A stretch of DNA of 64,000 nt from Tubiluchus corallicola. Its lineage: Eukaryota > Animalia > Priapulida. The DNA is taken from positions 7,541-71,540 of the forward strand of contig JAQGDQ010000997.1 of assembly GCA_030141605.1 (NCBI GenBank), in the 5' to 3' direction. The translations under genes and the position numbers were made by a program. How positions within the stretch are numbered: position 1 is the first letter of the stretch; every line of letters starts with the position of its first letter. The notes beneath the pieces were generated by a model, which ran no database searches, was not told the DNA's origin, and saw nothing but the letters and a program-made list of their open reading frames with translations. This document shows, in pieces, positions 24,841-39,041 of this stretch.

Positions 24841-25564
24841 AGGTCTCGATCTAGTGTCGTGCCATTGAGTGTTTATTTTTCGAATAGGGCCCACAGCGAG
24901 GTACGGGGGGCGAAAAACTTCCAAAAATGGCCATTTTCGGCCGTTTTTTTGCAAAATTTATATGTCTGATATCTGAAGAACGGGAACGGGCCGAGGGTGG
25001 TGCTGGCCATGGGTAGATAGCCCGTTCAGCGTTGGGTATCATAGACGTATTTAAAATTTGCGAAAGGGCCACGGCGTCCCGCAACGGGCGTTTTCCCGGA
25101 CACAACGCGATTTTTTTTCGAAATTTTGACCAAACAGCCTGCGGAAAAAACGTTCTAGCGGCGCCCGGTGTGACTCTCGGAAGGAAATATACGGCTCTTT
25201 AGAAAGAGGAAGAACAGGGCTACACGATGGTGAGAGCTATATGTTAGTACATGTCCACTGAGAGGAGTAGCGACGAGTTAATTAGATGTTCCATTTTCGG
25301 CAATTTTCGCTTGGAAAACTGCTGACGCAAAGCTATTGTTCTGACGTCATCCATTATACTCTGCCATCTTTCGACCATTTTTGACGGAAAATTTTAGGTC
25401 GTGCAAAAAATGTTATACATGTATACCCATTCTAACTAACATTGTCGTGGAAATAAACGTAAGTTTTTTGTAAACTAACTCTGTGTGTTTTTACTTGTGC
25501 CTTATTTTTACTCTTGTTTTAAATGTCTGAAATAAATGAATAATAGTTACTTTTGTTATTGTTG

Positions 25565-25825
25565 TTGTTATTAATGATGAAAACGACGACGACGACGACG
25601 ACGACGACGATGATGATGATGATGATGATGATGACGATGATAATAATAATAATGATAATAGCAATAAGAATAACAATGAGAATATCAATAACAATAACAA
25701 TGAATATAGCAAGAGCAATAATAATAGCTATAATAATAATAACAATATCAGTAACAATAATAATAGCTATATTTATAATAACAACAACAATAATAATAAT
25801 AATAACAACAATAATAATAATAGTA

Positions 25826-25872
<47 letters not shown>

Positions 25873-26012
25873 GATAATGATAATGATAATGATAATGATA
25901 ATGATAATGATGGTGATGGTGATGGTGATGGTGATGGTGATGGTGATGGTGATGGTGATGGTGATGGTGATGGTGATGGTGATGGTGATGGTGATGGTGA
26001 TAGTGATAGTGA

Positions 26013-26053
<41 letters not shown>

Positions 26054-26054
26054 A

Positions 26055-26089
<35 letters not shown>

Positions 26090-26283
26090 ATAGTAGTTGT
26101 AACAGTAACAGTAACAGTAACAGTAACAGTAACAGTAACAGTAACAGTAACAGTAACAGTAACAGTAACAGTAACAGTAACAGTAACAGTAACAGTAACA
26201 GTAACAGTAACAGTAACAGTAACAGTAACAGTAACAGTAACAGTAACAGTAACAGTAACAGTAACAGTAACAGTAACAATAAC

Positions 26284-26312
<29 letters not shown>
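25565..26312. repeat. Compound tri/hexanucleotide microsatellite; mirror ~30126..30882
   Basis: (GAC)(GAT)(AAT)(GATAAT)(GATGGT)(AGT)(AACAGT)(AAT) blocks. Confidence 0.95.
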
Positions 26313-26314
<2 letters not shown>

Positions 26315-27186
26315 GTTTTGTTATATATGTTGATTTCATGAATACACACTGTTCTTATACCATCTACTGTTTCTGCTTGTAAAGAGTTCAATTCACTTCA
26401 CTTTTATTTACGAGGCATGAAATGATTCTGCTAGAACGAATGCTGTCGTAATAGATTAACCAAAACTTGATTAACTGTTTAACCGTAAAGCAAATTTGTC
26501 CAGGCGCTTCACGCGCATGCGCATTAACGTCCCGCGAAGCAAGACCGCAATTATCACGCTTTGGTTTCTCTAACATTGAGCGGCTAGTAACGTCAACGTG
26601 AGGACGTGGTTTCTTTTCCTGGTATCATTGTGTCGCTTGGCCGTGGCTTCTTTTCCTGGTATCATTGTGTCGCTTGGACGTGGCTTCTTTTATGTCGCTT
26701 GTAGCTTAGAGAAGATTCATTACTTATTTATACCGTACACCTGTCAGTTTCCGTTTCTCGGTGCATTCATGATTCGTCGATAACATCATCTATAACATCA
26801 TCTATAACATCATCTATAACGTGACACATTTCGCGTTGGTGTTCCCTAATTTTTTTTAATCGAGTTCGGGTGTTGATTATTAGTGAAATTATGTTAATAT
26901 TAAATTGTGATTTAATTTTAAATGGTTAATTATGTTCGGTGTTTTTGCTGTGAGTGGCTTCAGTACGACGGGATTGGGATTGCTTTTCTTCTTTATTCAA
27001 TTGCAACAGGTAACAACAGGTAACACAGGTGAGTTCAATTAGCCATGACTTTCAGGTGTGATCCGTAATTTTTTGTTTTAATTTTTTTATTTTAAATTAA
27101 TTTCATACGTTTAAAGTACATTATTCAAAAATTGAAAAAAAACTTAGCTATACTATAAAATTACGATAGAAACTAATAAAATATTT

Positions 27187-27752
27187 ACATACATACATAC
27201 ATACATACACACATACACACATACACACATACATACATACATACATACATACATACATACATACATACATACATACATACATACATACATACATACATAC
27301 ATACATACATACGTACATACGTACATGCGTACATGCGTACACGCGTACATGCGTACACGCGTACACGCGTACACGCGTACACGCGTACACGCGTACTTGC
27401 GTACATGCGTACATACATACATGCCTACCTACCTACCTACCTACCTACCTACCTACCTACCTACCTACCTACCTACCTACCTACCTACCTACCTACATAC
27501 ATACATACATACATACATACATACATACATACATACGTACATACATACATGCCTACCTACCTACCTACCTACCTACCTACCTACCTACCTACCTACCTAC
27601 GTACCTACCTACCTACCTACCTACCTACCTACCTACATACATACATACATACATACATACATACATACATACATACATACATACATACATACATACATAC
27701 ATACATACATACATACATACATACATACATACATACATACATACATACACAC
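27187..27752. repeat. (ACAT)n/(ACCT)n/(ACACGCGT)n compound repeat in the spacer
   Basis: Direct reading. Confidence 0.95.
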
Positions 27753-28292
27753 CCAGACAGAAAACATAAAAAACACAAGACAGATCACTAAAAATACAAT
27801 ATACAAAGATACAATATGCAGAGGCATGAAACCCAATAAAAATCACCTTTAAAATGGTAAAATACATTTATTTCATAAAGCAAAACATAGTTTATACCAA
27901 TTCGTCCTTTTAACTGTAATGTGATATGTAGAGCAAATATACAATTTATCTATTATATTATTAAGTATTTCTGCCAGCCCGTACGTAAAGGATGCTGTTA
28001 TCGTTCGTATAAGAATAACATAGTTAGGAATATTAAAATTTACAAATTTTTCACTTATACTGTATCTTCCCAAAATTTTGAGGAGCCTACGAAATGCATT
28101 ATTGAGCTACCTTTAAAAAATGTAGTTGTATTGGAAAATGTTACACCATAGGGCGCATGCGTAATACTGACACGCATACGATTTGAACATCATTATTTTC
28201 GTATCGCGTATTGCGTACATACGCAACATATGGAAATGCCTCGAAATATTGGGCGAATTCGAATTGACTCCATGGTCAAAATTAATCGTCTT

Positions 28293-29149
28293 GTGTGGAT
28301 TTCGATTTGAGTCAGTTGAACACTTTTTGTTGCACTGCCCATTGTATCAACAAGCTAGGGTTGTTATGTTTGATAAACTAAATGAAATACTTCTGCCTGA
28401 AAACCTTAATATAGCTGCCTTAGGAAATAATGATCTGTTGAAGTTGTTATTATTCGGAAAAGATGAATTTAACTATGTTGCTAACTGTAAAATATTCCAA
28501 TGTATACATGACTTTATATTACGTACTAAACGCTTCCAGTAGTTTCTATCTGATATAAAATGCATCAGTCTTAAATAATCGTACATTAATATTTACTAAC
28601 CGTCATTTTCTACTAATGTCTAATGTAATCTTGTAGTAAAACTTGTCAGCTTGTGTAGTTATAGTCTATTCTTACTGTAAATGTTACTAATGTCTAATGT
28701 AATCTTGTAGTAAAACTTGTCAGCTTGTGTAGTTATAGTCTATTCTTACTGTAAATGTTACTAATGTCTAATGTAATCTTGTAGTAAAACTTGTCAGCTT
28801 ATGTAGTTATAGTCTATTCTTACTGTAAATGTTACTAATGTCTAATGTAATCTTGTAGTAAAACTTGTCAGCTTGTGTAGTTATAGTCAATTCTTACTGT
28901 AAATGTTACTAATGTCTAATGTAATCTTGTAGTAAAACTTGTCAGCTTGTGTAGTTATAGTCTATTCTTACTGTAAATGTTACTAATATCTAATGTAATC
29001 TTGTAGTAAAACTTGTCAGCTTGTGTAGTTATAGTCTATTCTTACTGTAAATGTTCTTGTAAATAGTGTATAAAGTCTGTTGTGGTGAGGATCCTAAATC
29101 ATGTTGTTCAAACTGTCTGATCCAATCCTAAATAAATTATGTTTAATCT
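28293..29149 (+). mobile_element. LINE family A 3' fragment with 6 x 74-bp repeat, in the spacer
   Basis: TSD aattaatcgtctt (28280) / aattaatcgcctt (29150). Confidence 0.9.
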
Positions 29150-30123
29150 AATTAATCGCCTTAATGACCTCTAGCGCTGTGGAAAGTTTCAAGTGTTTGA
29201 ATCAAAATGAGCATATTTACACCATCCTGGTAGACTATATACCCATTCATTTTATTCAAATGACGGCCATCGTTTTTTGACGTCATAATTAGGTCATTTA
29301 CAGTGCTCAAATTTTGGCCTAATTTGGACATATTATTCTCTGGACCAAATACTTCGACAAAACACGTTTTCTTGCATTTTCAGGGGTAGGGCTATTCTTT
29401 TCATTACATCGACCGGACAATGTATACAAATGCGCAATGCGTGACACGTGACGCGCGATCCGTATTTATTCTAACGTAGCCGCTATCGTCCGTCGCTATA
29501 CGCATCATGCATTGCACGTACGAATCACGCAACAAACGCACGCGGAGTGCTACCTTTACACTTTAAATTTTGAATGTGTAGTGTTTGAAGTCATGTCCAG
29601 GTCGTGAGTAAATTAGTAAGTAAATAGGCAAGCAAGCAAGCAAGCAAGTAATGAAGCAAGTAAGTAATGAAGTAAGTGAGTAATGAAGTAAGTAAGTAAT
29701 GAAGTAAGTGAGTAATGACGTAAGTATGTAAGAAAGTAATTAAGTGAGTAAGCAAGAAGCGAGTGCGACACAATGATACCAGGAAAAGAAGCCACGGCCA
29801 AGCGACACAATGATACCAGGAAAAGAAACCACGTCCTCACGTTGACGTTACTAGCCGCTCAATGTTAGAGAAACCAAAGCGTGATAATTGCGGTCTTGCT
29901 TCGCGGGACGTTAATGCGCATGCGCGTGAAGCGCCTGGACAAATTTGCTTTACGGTTAAACAGTTAATCAAGTTTTGGTTAATCTATTACGACAGCATTC
30001 GTTCTAGCAGAATCATTTCATGCCTCGTAAATAAAAGTGAAGTGAATTGAACTCTTTACAAGCAGAAACAGTAGATGGTATAAGAACAGTGTGTATTCAT
30101 GAAATCAACATATATAACAAAAC

Positions 30124-30154
<31 letters not shown>

Positions 30155-30348
30155 GTTATTGTTATTGTTACTGTTACTGTTACTGTTACTGTTACTGTTA
30201 CTGTTACTGTTACTGTTACTGTTACTGTTACTGTTACTGTTACTGTTACTGTTACTGTTACTGTTACTGTTACTGTTACTGTTACTATTACTGTTACTGT
30301 TACTGTTACTGTTACTGTTACTGTTACTGTTACTGTTACAACTACTAT

Positions 30349-30380
<32 letters not shown>

Positions 30381-30381
30381 T

Positions 30382-30422
<41 letters not shown>

Positions 30423-30568
30423 TCACTATCACTATCACCATCACCATCACCATCACCATCACCATCACCATCACCATCACCATCACCATCACCATCACCA
30501 TCACCATCACCATCACCATCACCATCACCATCATTATCATTATCATTATCATTATCATTATCATTATC

Positions 30569-30615
<47 letters not shown>

Positions 30616-30618
30616 TAC

Positions 30619-30649
<31 letters not shown>

Positions 30650-30806
30650 GTTGTTGTTGTTATTATAAATATAGCTATTGTTATTGTTACTGATATTGTT
30701 ATTATTATTATAGCTATTATTATTGCTCTTGCTATATTCATTGTTATTGTTATTGATATTCTCATTGTTATTCTTATTGCTATTATCATTATTATTATTA
30801 TCATCG

Positions 30807-30838
<32 letters not shown>

Positions 30839-32419
30839 GTCGTCGTCGTCGTCGTCGTCGTCGTTTTCATCATTAATAACAACAACAATAACAAAAGTAA
30901 CTATTATTCATTTATTTCAGACATTTAAAACAAGAGTAAAAATAAGGCACAAGTAAAAACACACAGAGTTAGTTTACAAAAAACTTACGTTTATTTCCAC
31001 GACAATGTTAGTTAGAATGGGTATACATGTATAACATTTTTTGCACGACCTAAAATTTTCCGTCAAAAATGGTCGAAAGATGGCAGAGTATAATGGATGA
31101 CGTCAGAACAATAGCTTTGCGTCAGCAGTTTTCCAAGCGAAAATTGCCGAAAATGGAACATCTAATTAACTCGTCGCAGTTCCTCACTGCGGAGACGTCC
31201 TAAAACATAGGCCACATCATCGTTCAGCCCTGTTCTTCCTCTTTCTAAAGAGCCGTATATTTCCTTCCGAGAGTCACACCGGGCGCCGCTAGAACGTTTT
31301 TTCCGCAGGCTGTTTGGTCAAAATTTCGAAAAAAAATCGCGTTGTGTCCGGGAAAACGCCCGTTGCGGGACGCCGTGGCCCTTTCGCAAATTTTAAATAC
31401 GTCTATGATACCCAACGCTGAACGGGCTATCTACCCATGGCCAGCACCACCCTCGGCCCGTTCCCGTTCTTCAGATATCAGACATATAAATTTTGCAAAA
31501 AAACGGCCGAAAATGGCCATTTTTGGAAGTTTTTCGCCCCCCGTTCCTCGCTGTGGGCCCTATTCGAAAAATAAACACTCAATGGCACGACACTAGATCG
31601 AGACCTTTCGTTTGATTTATAGAGGTTTACTCCTCTACGCATGGAGCCTCTTGACCTCCGTCCTGTTGCCGCTGGCTGTGCAGCTCCTCCGCCTAGTGCC
31701 GAGATACAGTGTGGGCATCCCGCAAGCCTACAGCACCTGGTATTGCTAGGCGGTCACCAATCCAAGTACTAACCAGGCTCTACGTTGCTTAACTTCGATG
31801 ATCAGACGAGAACCGGTGTTTTAAACGTGATATGGCCGTAGATGTGAAACAATTACTACAACACAAACATAGTTTCATGTTCGCGCCACTAATTCTTCGA
31901 TGTTACATGTATTTCGCCGTTCTCTAGTTAGACGGGCGCTAGCGCCTGGATTTCGGAAACGCATTGTACAAAAAACAGGTGTTGTACCTTTCACTTCAAT
32001 TGTGTTAGTTTGTGACGAACTGCACACGTTCGACAGCTCATGCGTGAGCACAGCCGTAAATATGAAATTTCAGTTTTTATCTTAAAACGTGCCTAGTTTT
32101 AGTACAACACATTGAACATCTTATGAAATTATGTTAGTTTGTGATGTCATCACTAGTTGGGCTTGCCCGCCCTTAACTAAGATTTTAATCTATTATTTAA
32201 TTGTCAGAAACGTTTTTGCAGTATTAATTGTGTCAAAATGTATAATTTTATAGGAAATGAAAATGGGGCAGTATATGAAAAATCATCCCGTCTTACTTTA
32301 AGTTTTAGTATATGATCATGGTTATGATGATGATGATGGTGATAATGATGATGATGATGATGGTGCTGATGATGATGATGGTGATAATGATGGTGACGAT
32401 GATGATGATGATGATGACA

Positions 32420-32482
<63 letters not shown>

Positions 32483-32667
32483 GTGATAATGATGGTGACA
32501 ATGATGGTGATAATGATGATGATGATGATGACGATGATGATGATGACGATGATGACTTGATGAGGATGATGACATGATGGCGATGGCGATGACGATGACG
32601 ATGATGATAACCACGACGACGACGATGATGATGCTGATGATGCTGCTGCTGCTGCTGATGATGATGA

Positions 32668-32758
<91 letters not shown>

Positions 32759-35700
32759 CATTTCTTTCGTTCTTTTGTTTTTATTGCCTGATGATCACTT
32801 AGAGTCTTTGCTATGTTTTCTTTGCACAGTGTTACACAGAGTCTACTTGATTGGACTCTTTTATCTTTACTCTTACTTAGACAGCTAATAAAAACGATAT
32901 TATTGCAATTGCAGTCACTCAGTTTTTATTTGCGTCTGAATCTCTCGGGGCAACGGTTGGTGTCGTGACGCTAAAGTTGTCGCTGGGGTGTTTTGGGGAG
33001 AGCCAACAACCGACATTAGCAGGTTTATCAGACTGTTTTTGTAGTTGCGATGTTCGTGTTAAACAGATGAAATCACTGGATGAAAACATGGTTTAACTTT
33101 GCGATCTGTATTTTACTCAAAATCATAGTCTCATTGTCAATCCACATTGGTTTAACTTTGCGATCTGTATTTTACTCAAAATCATAGTCTCATTGTCAAT
33201 CCACATATACACGTAAATGGTAAACATAATCAACAGTAGTAAACAAATGTTAAAGTAAATCCAACAGCCAATATATCATGGCACCTGAGTCAAAACGTTA
33301 TTATAACCAAACCGCCATTTAAGCCTATTGCTTGTCCTCTAATCTTGCTACCAAGTGTGAAAAACTGATACATTCCCAGAGAAGCCAAGTGACCCAGTTC
33401 CATACAAGCATATAACAGTAGCAAGTACATACATATATTGAAAACTTCCAAGTGTACAAACAGATGTCAGCACTGACTTAGTAGTAATGAAAAACTAAAG
33501 TTTAAAACTACAAATAAAAATTAATAATAAGCTGTAAATTAAATGCTCACATCTGCGACAGTTGGGCTGCTGGGTCCTCCTGGTCCCGTGCTCTTGGCGG
33601 TGAACACTCGCAGACGGTACACTCCTGGTCCTGTGCTCTTGGCGGTGAACACTCGCAGACGGTACACTCCTGGTCCCGTGCTCTTGGCGGTGAACACTCG
33701 CAGACGGTACACTCCTGGTCCTGTGCTCTTGGCGGTGAACACTCGCAGACGGTACACTCCTGGTCCTGTGCTCTTGGTGGTGAACACTCGCAGACGGTAC
33801 ACTCCTGGTCCCGTGCTCTTGGCGGTGAACACTTGCAGACGGTATGCTCCTGGTCCTGTGCTCTTGGCGGTGAACACTCGCAGACGGTACACTCCTGGTC
33901 CCGTGCTCTTGGCGGTGAACACTCGCAGACGGTACACTCCTGGTCCTGTGCTCTTGGCGGTGAACACTCGCAGACGGTACACTCCTGGTCCTGTGCTCTT
34001 GGCGGTGAACACTCGCAGACGGTACACTCCTGGTCCCGTGCTCTTGGCGGTGAACACTTGCAGACGGTATGCTCCTGGTCCTGTGCTCTTGGCGGTGAAC
34101 ACTCGCAGACGGTACACTCCTGGTCCCGTGCTCTTGGCGGTGAACACTCGCAGACGGTACACTCCTGGTCCTGTGCTCTTGGCGGTGAACACTCGCAGAC
34201 GGTACACTCCTGGTCCTGTGCTCTTGGTGGTGAACACTCGCAGACGGTACACTCCTGGTCCCGTGCTCTTGGCGGGTGAACACTTGCAGACGGTATGCTC
34301 CTGGTCACGTGCTCTTGGTGGTGAACCCTCGCAGACGGTACACTCCTGGGCCTGTGCTCTTTTCGGTGAACACTCGCAGACGGTACACTCCTGGTCCTGT
34401 GCTCTTGGCGGTGAACACTCGCAGACGGTACACTCCTGGTCCTGTGCTCTTGGTGGTGAACACTCGCAGACGGTACACTCCTGGTCCTGTGCTCTTGGCG
34501 GTGAACACTTGCAGACGGTACACTCCTGGTCCTGTGCTCTTGGCGGTGAACACTCGCAGACGGTACACTCCTGGTCCCGTGCTCTTGGCGGTGAACACTT
34601 GCAGACGGTACACTCCTGGTCCTGTGCTCTTGGTGGTGAACACTCGCAGACGGTACACTCCTGGTCCCGTGCTCTTGGCGGTGAACACTCGCAGACGGTA
34701 CACTCCTGGTCCTGTGCTCTTGGTGGTGAACACTCGCAGACGGTACACTCCTGGTCCTGTGCTCTTGGCGGTGAACACTTGCAGACGGTACACTCCTGGT
34801 CCCGTGCTCTTGGCGGTGAACACTCGCAGACGGTACACTCCTGGTCCCGTGCTCTTGGCGGTGAACACTCGCAGACGGTACACTCCTGGTCCCGTGCTCT
34901 TGGTGGTGAACACTCGCAGACGGTACACTCCTGGTCCTGTGCTCTTGGCGGTGAACACTCGCAGACGGTACACTCCTGGTCCTGTGCTCTTGGTGGTGAA
35001 CACTCGCAGACGGTATGCTCCTGGTCCCGTGCTCTTGGCGGTGAACCCTCGCAGACGGTACACAATATTCATGCCAAACAAAAGTGCAAAATCTTGTTTC
35101 TGACTATCGGTTATCCGACGTGCATCCTGTTGAACACGGAAGTCTCTTGTTTCTTTTACACAAATTATTCATTCCAGAGCAAACCGCTAATGGTGACGAG
35201 CAGTGGATTCGCTTCTTCAGGCAAGAAAAACTGGCACGCAGGATAAAAATTTCATGAGCGGCAGTCTGCGTTGTTTGTTCAGAGGGGACAAAATGATGGT
35301 CGATTGATGATTTGACACGGTCGCATGTGCTAAAATGAATTCTGATAGCGTTTTCGTGTCCGTATTTTCAGGGCTGCCTAAGTGTCTCACTGCCAATTCC
35401 AATGACCACCAACAATTTCTTGTGAAATCTCAATAAGCCAGAAGTCCATTTTCACTATATAAAGTATTGTACGTAGTACGTTATTACGCCTAATTAGTAA
35501 TACTATTAGTAACGTCTGATTTTGCTTCACAAATTACCTTGTTTTTGTCTTTAACAAAAATACGTTTGAATTCATCAATGGTGATAATGATGATGGTGAT
35601 GATGGTGATAATGATGATGATGATGATGATAACGACGATGATGGCATGATGACATGATGACGATGATGATGATGGTGATAATGATGATGATGATGATGGT

Positions 35701-35833
35701 GATAATGATGATGATGGTGAAGTAAATAATGATGATGTTGATAATGTTGATGATGACGATGGTGGTGGTGGTGATGATGATGATGATGAAAATGATGGTG
35801 ATGGTGGTGGTGATGATGATGATGATGATGAAA

Positions 35834-35872
<39 letters not shown>

Positions 35873-36319
35873 CCGACGACGACGACGACGACGACGACGA
35901 CGATGATGATGATGATGATGATGATGATGATAATGATGATAATATGATGATATGATAATAATGATGATAATGATGATGATAATGACGATGACGATGATGA
36001 CAATGAGGAAAATTTTGAGGAAAATGAGGGCAAGTCGTCATCACTGATGAGCTGTACTTGATATGTCAAGAAGCTGTTCATCTTCATAAATTTTAGTTTA
36101 CTGATCATTTCTTGACAAATTAATGGTCTGGATTTCTTAAGGCTGTGATTTAGGATGTGTTTCTTCTCTAACGCATAATGGAGGCGCAATATAATAATTC
36201 CTGGCAATAAAACTGATTGAGACGGGAGTTGGGGATATAACAGCCAGGAAATTGAGAAGGAAGGTAAACAAGAAAACGACTGTAAAATCAGCGAACAAGC
36301 CGAGAAGAGATGAAACCAG

Positions 36320-36456
<137 letters not shown>

Positions 36457-36470
36457 AGAGGGAGAAGAGA

Positions 36471-36555
<85 letters not shown>

Positions 36556-36579
36556 TAGATAGAGAGAGAGAGAGGGGGG

Positions 36580-36624
<45 letters not shown>

Positions 36625-36739
36625 GGAAAGAGAAAAACAGAAAAATGAGAGAGAGAAAGAGAGAGAGAGAGAGGGAGACAGAGAAAGACAAAAGGGAGAA
36701 AAAGAGAGAGAGGAGGAGAGAGACAAACAGAGAGAGAAA

Positions 36740-36810
<71 letters not shown>

Positions 36811-36812
36811 TA

Positions 36813-36845
<33 letters not shown>

Positions 36846-36866
36846 AAGAGAAGAGGGAGAGAGGGT

Positions 36867-36897
<31 letters not shown>

Positions 36898-38735
36898 AGA
36901 GAGAGAGAAAGGGAGAGAAAGAGAGAGAGAGAGAGAGAGACAGTAAAGAGAGAGAAAGAAAGAGACAGAAAGAGAGAGGAGAGAGAGGGCGAGAGAGACG
37001 GGAAGAGAATTTAAAATCACGTGCAGCAGATAGCTAGATGATTTGTACCAAGTAACATGTACCCAGCGGGTCTATCATCATTCTACTCGCTTAAGTCTGT
37101 TACAATCTGCAGTAACTTGAGGAAATGAGGGCAATTTTTCTCACTGCCATGGTGATCTATCAAAGATATATTATATGGCTTCACATTTAATGCAGTTTAG
37201 GCTTAGACGGAATAATGCCAATATTTACCGCCAAACTTGGTAAATATCCTGCGCATTTGGCCCAGATTAAGCAAACCCTGGCGTCCATCATGCACACTGA
37301 TTCGCTGTGTCAATAGTGTTATGGATTGAAAAGTGGATAATCCACTACAGGCTATTTCCAATATATTGTATTTGCTCCGAGTCTAATGCGGAGGGAACAG
37401 GAAATGGCGTCAGTGAACAGGAAATTAGCTAGTCTCAAGTTTTTAATAACAAGAAATAACAAATGTATAATCGTGTTTCGAACCTCGGTCCTTCCGCCTG
37501 AAGGTTGCGTCCTGGAACGCTGTGTCCCGGAATTAAATGAAATACTTCTTCCCGAAAACCTTCAGATAGCTGCCTTAGGAACTAATGATCTGTTGAAGTT
37601 GTTATTATTCGGAAAAGATGAATTTAACTATGTTGCTAACTGTAAAATATTCCAATGGATACATGACTTTATATTACGTACTAAACGCTTCCAGTAGTTT
37701 CTATCTGATATGAAATGCATCATCTTAAATATTCGTACATTAATATTTCCTAACCGTCATTTTCTACTAATGTTTAATGTAATCTTGTAGTAAAACTTGT
37801 CAGCTTGTGCAGGTATAGTCTATTCTTACTGTAAATGTTACTAATGTCTAATGTAATCTTGTAGTAAAACTTGTCAGCTTGTGTAGTTATAGTCTATTCT
37901 TACTGTAAATGTTACTAATGTCTAATGTATTCTTGTAGTAAAACTTGTCAGCTTGTGTAGTCATAGTCTATTCTTACTGGAAATGTTACTAATGTCTAAT
38001 GTAATCTTGTAGTAAAACTTGTCAGCTTGTGTAGTTATAGTATATTCTTACTGTAAATGTTCTTGTAAATAGTGTATAAAGTCTGTTGTGGTGAGGATCC
38101 TAAATCATGTTGTTCAAACTGTCTGATCCAATCCTAAATAAATTATGTTTAAACTAATGCTGTGTCTTTCCATTTTTTCCGAGAGATTTTTTTTATCAAA
38201 CCTCTAGAAGAAAACAGAAAAAACTAAAACGCGTTTACATGTTTATTCCACTATAAAAACCCGACAGAGGTACTAAGACTTGCATTTGGTGTGAGTAATT
38301 TTGGCCCCCTTTCTGTGTAACTGTGACCAAGACCGTTAGTGTAAATGCAATTACTTTGGCCCTTTCCTTATGTATGGGATGTATGACTGGGATCTCTCGC
38401 CACGTGTATGCTCTTTGAGAATGTCAAATTCGTCTACTTTTCGCGGTGCGCTCCGCTGGACAAAGTTGATCCCGCGAGAGCCCGCGCATTTTCTAAAAAA
38501 AAACCACTTCTGTGTAAGACTGGACAGCAAAGAGCGGATGCGTTATCTTACCGCTTGAAAGCTTGGTTTGATATAAACTGACACCTGTATCATATCGATT
38601 CGCATATAACTTCCATAAGAAGTAAATAAGAGTGTAGCAGATCAAGATTAAAGTGGATCTTGAGTGGAGTAATGACGTCATCATCGTCATCGTCATCATC
38701 ATCATCATCATCATCATCAACATCATCATCATCAT

Positions 38736-38798
<63 letters not shown>

Positions 38799-38810
38799 CA
38801 TCACCACCAC

Positions 38811-38973
<163 letters not shown>

Positions 38974-38982
38974 TTCTTCTTC

Positions 38983-39041
<59 letters not shown>

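Larger units (their letters stand above)
26674..29764. other. Non-mirrored spacer of the palindrome (3091 bp)
   Basis: ORFs here have no mirrored partner. Contains (ACAT)n/(ACCT)n, one LINE insertion, a CpG-rich tract and (AAGT/AAGC)n. Confidence 0.9.
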
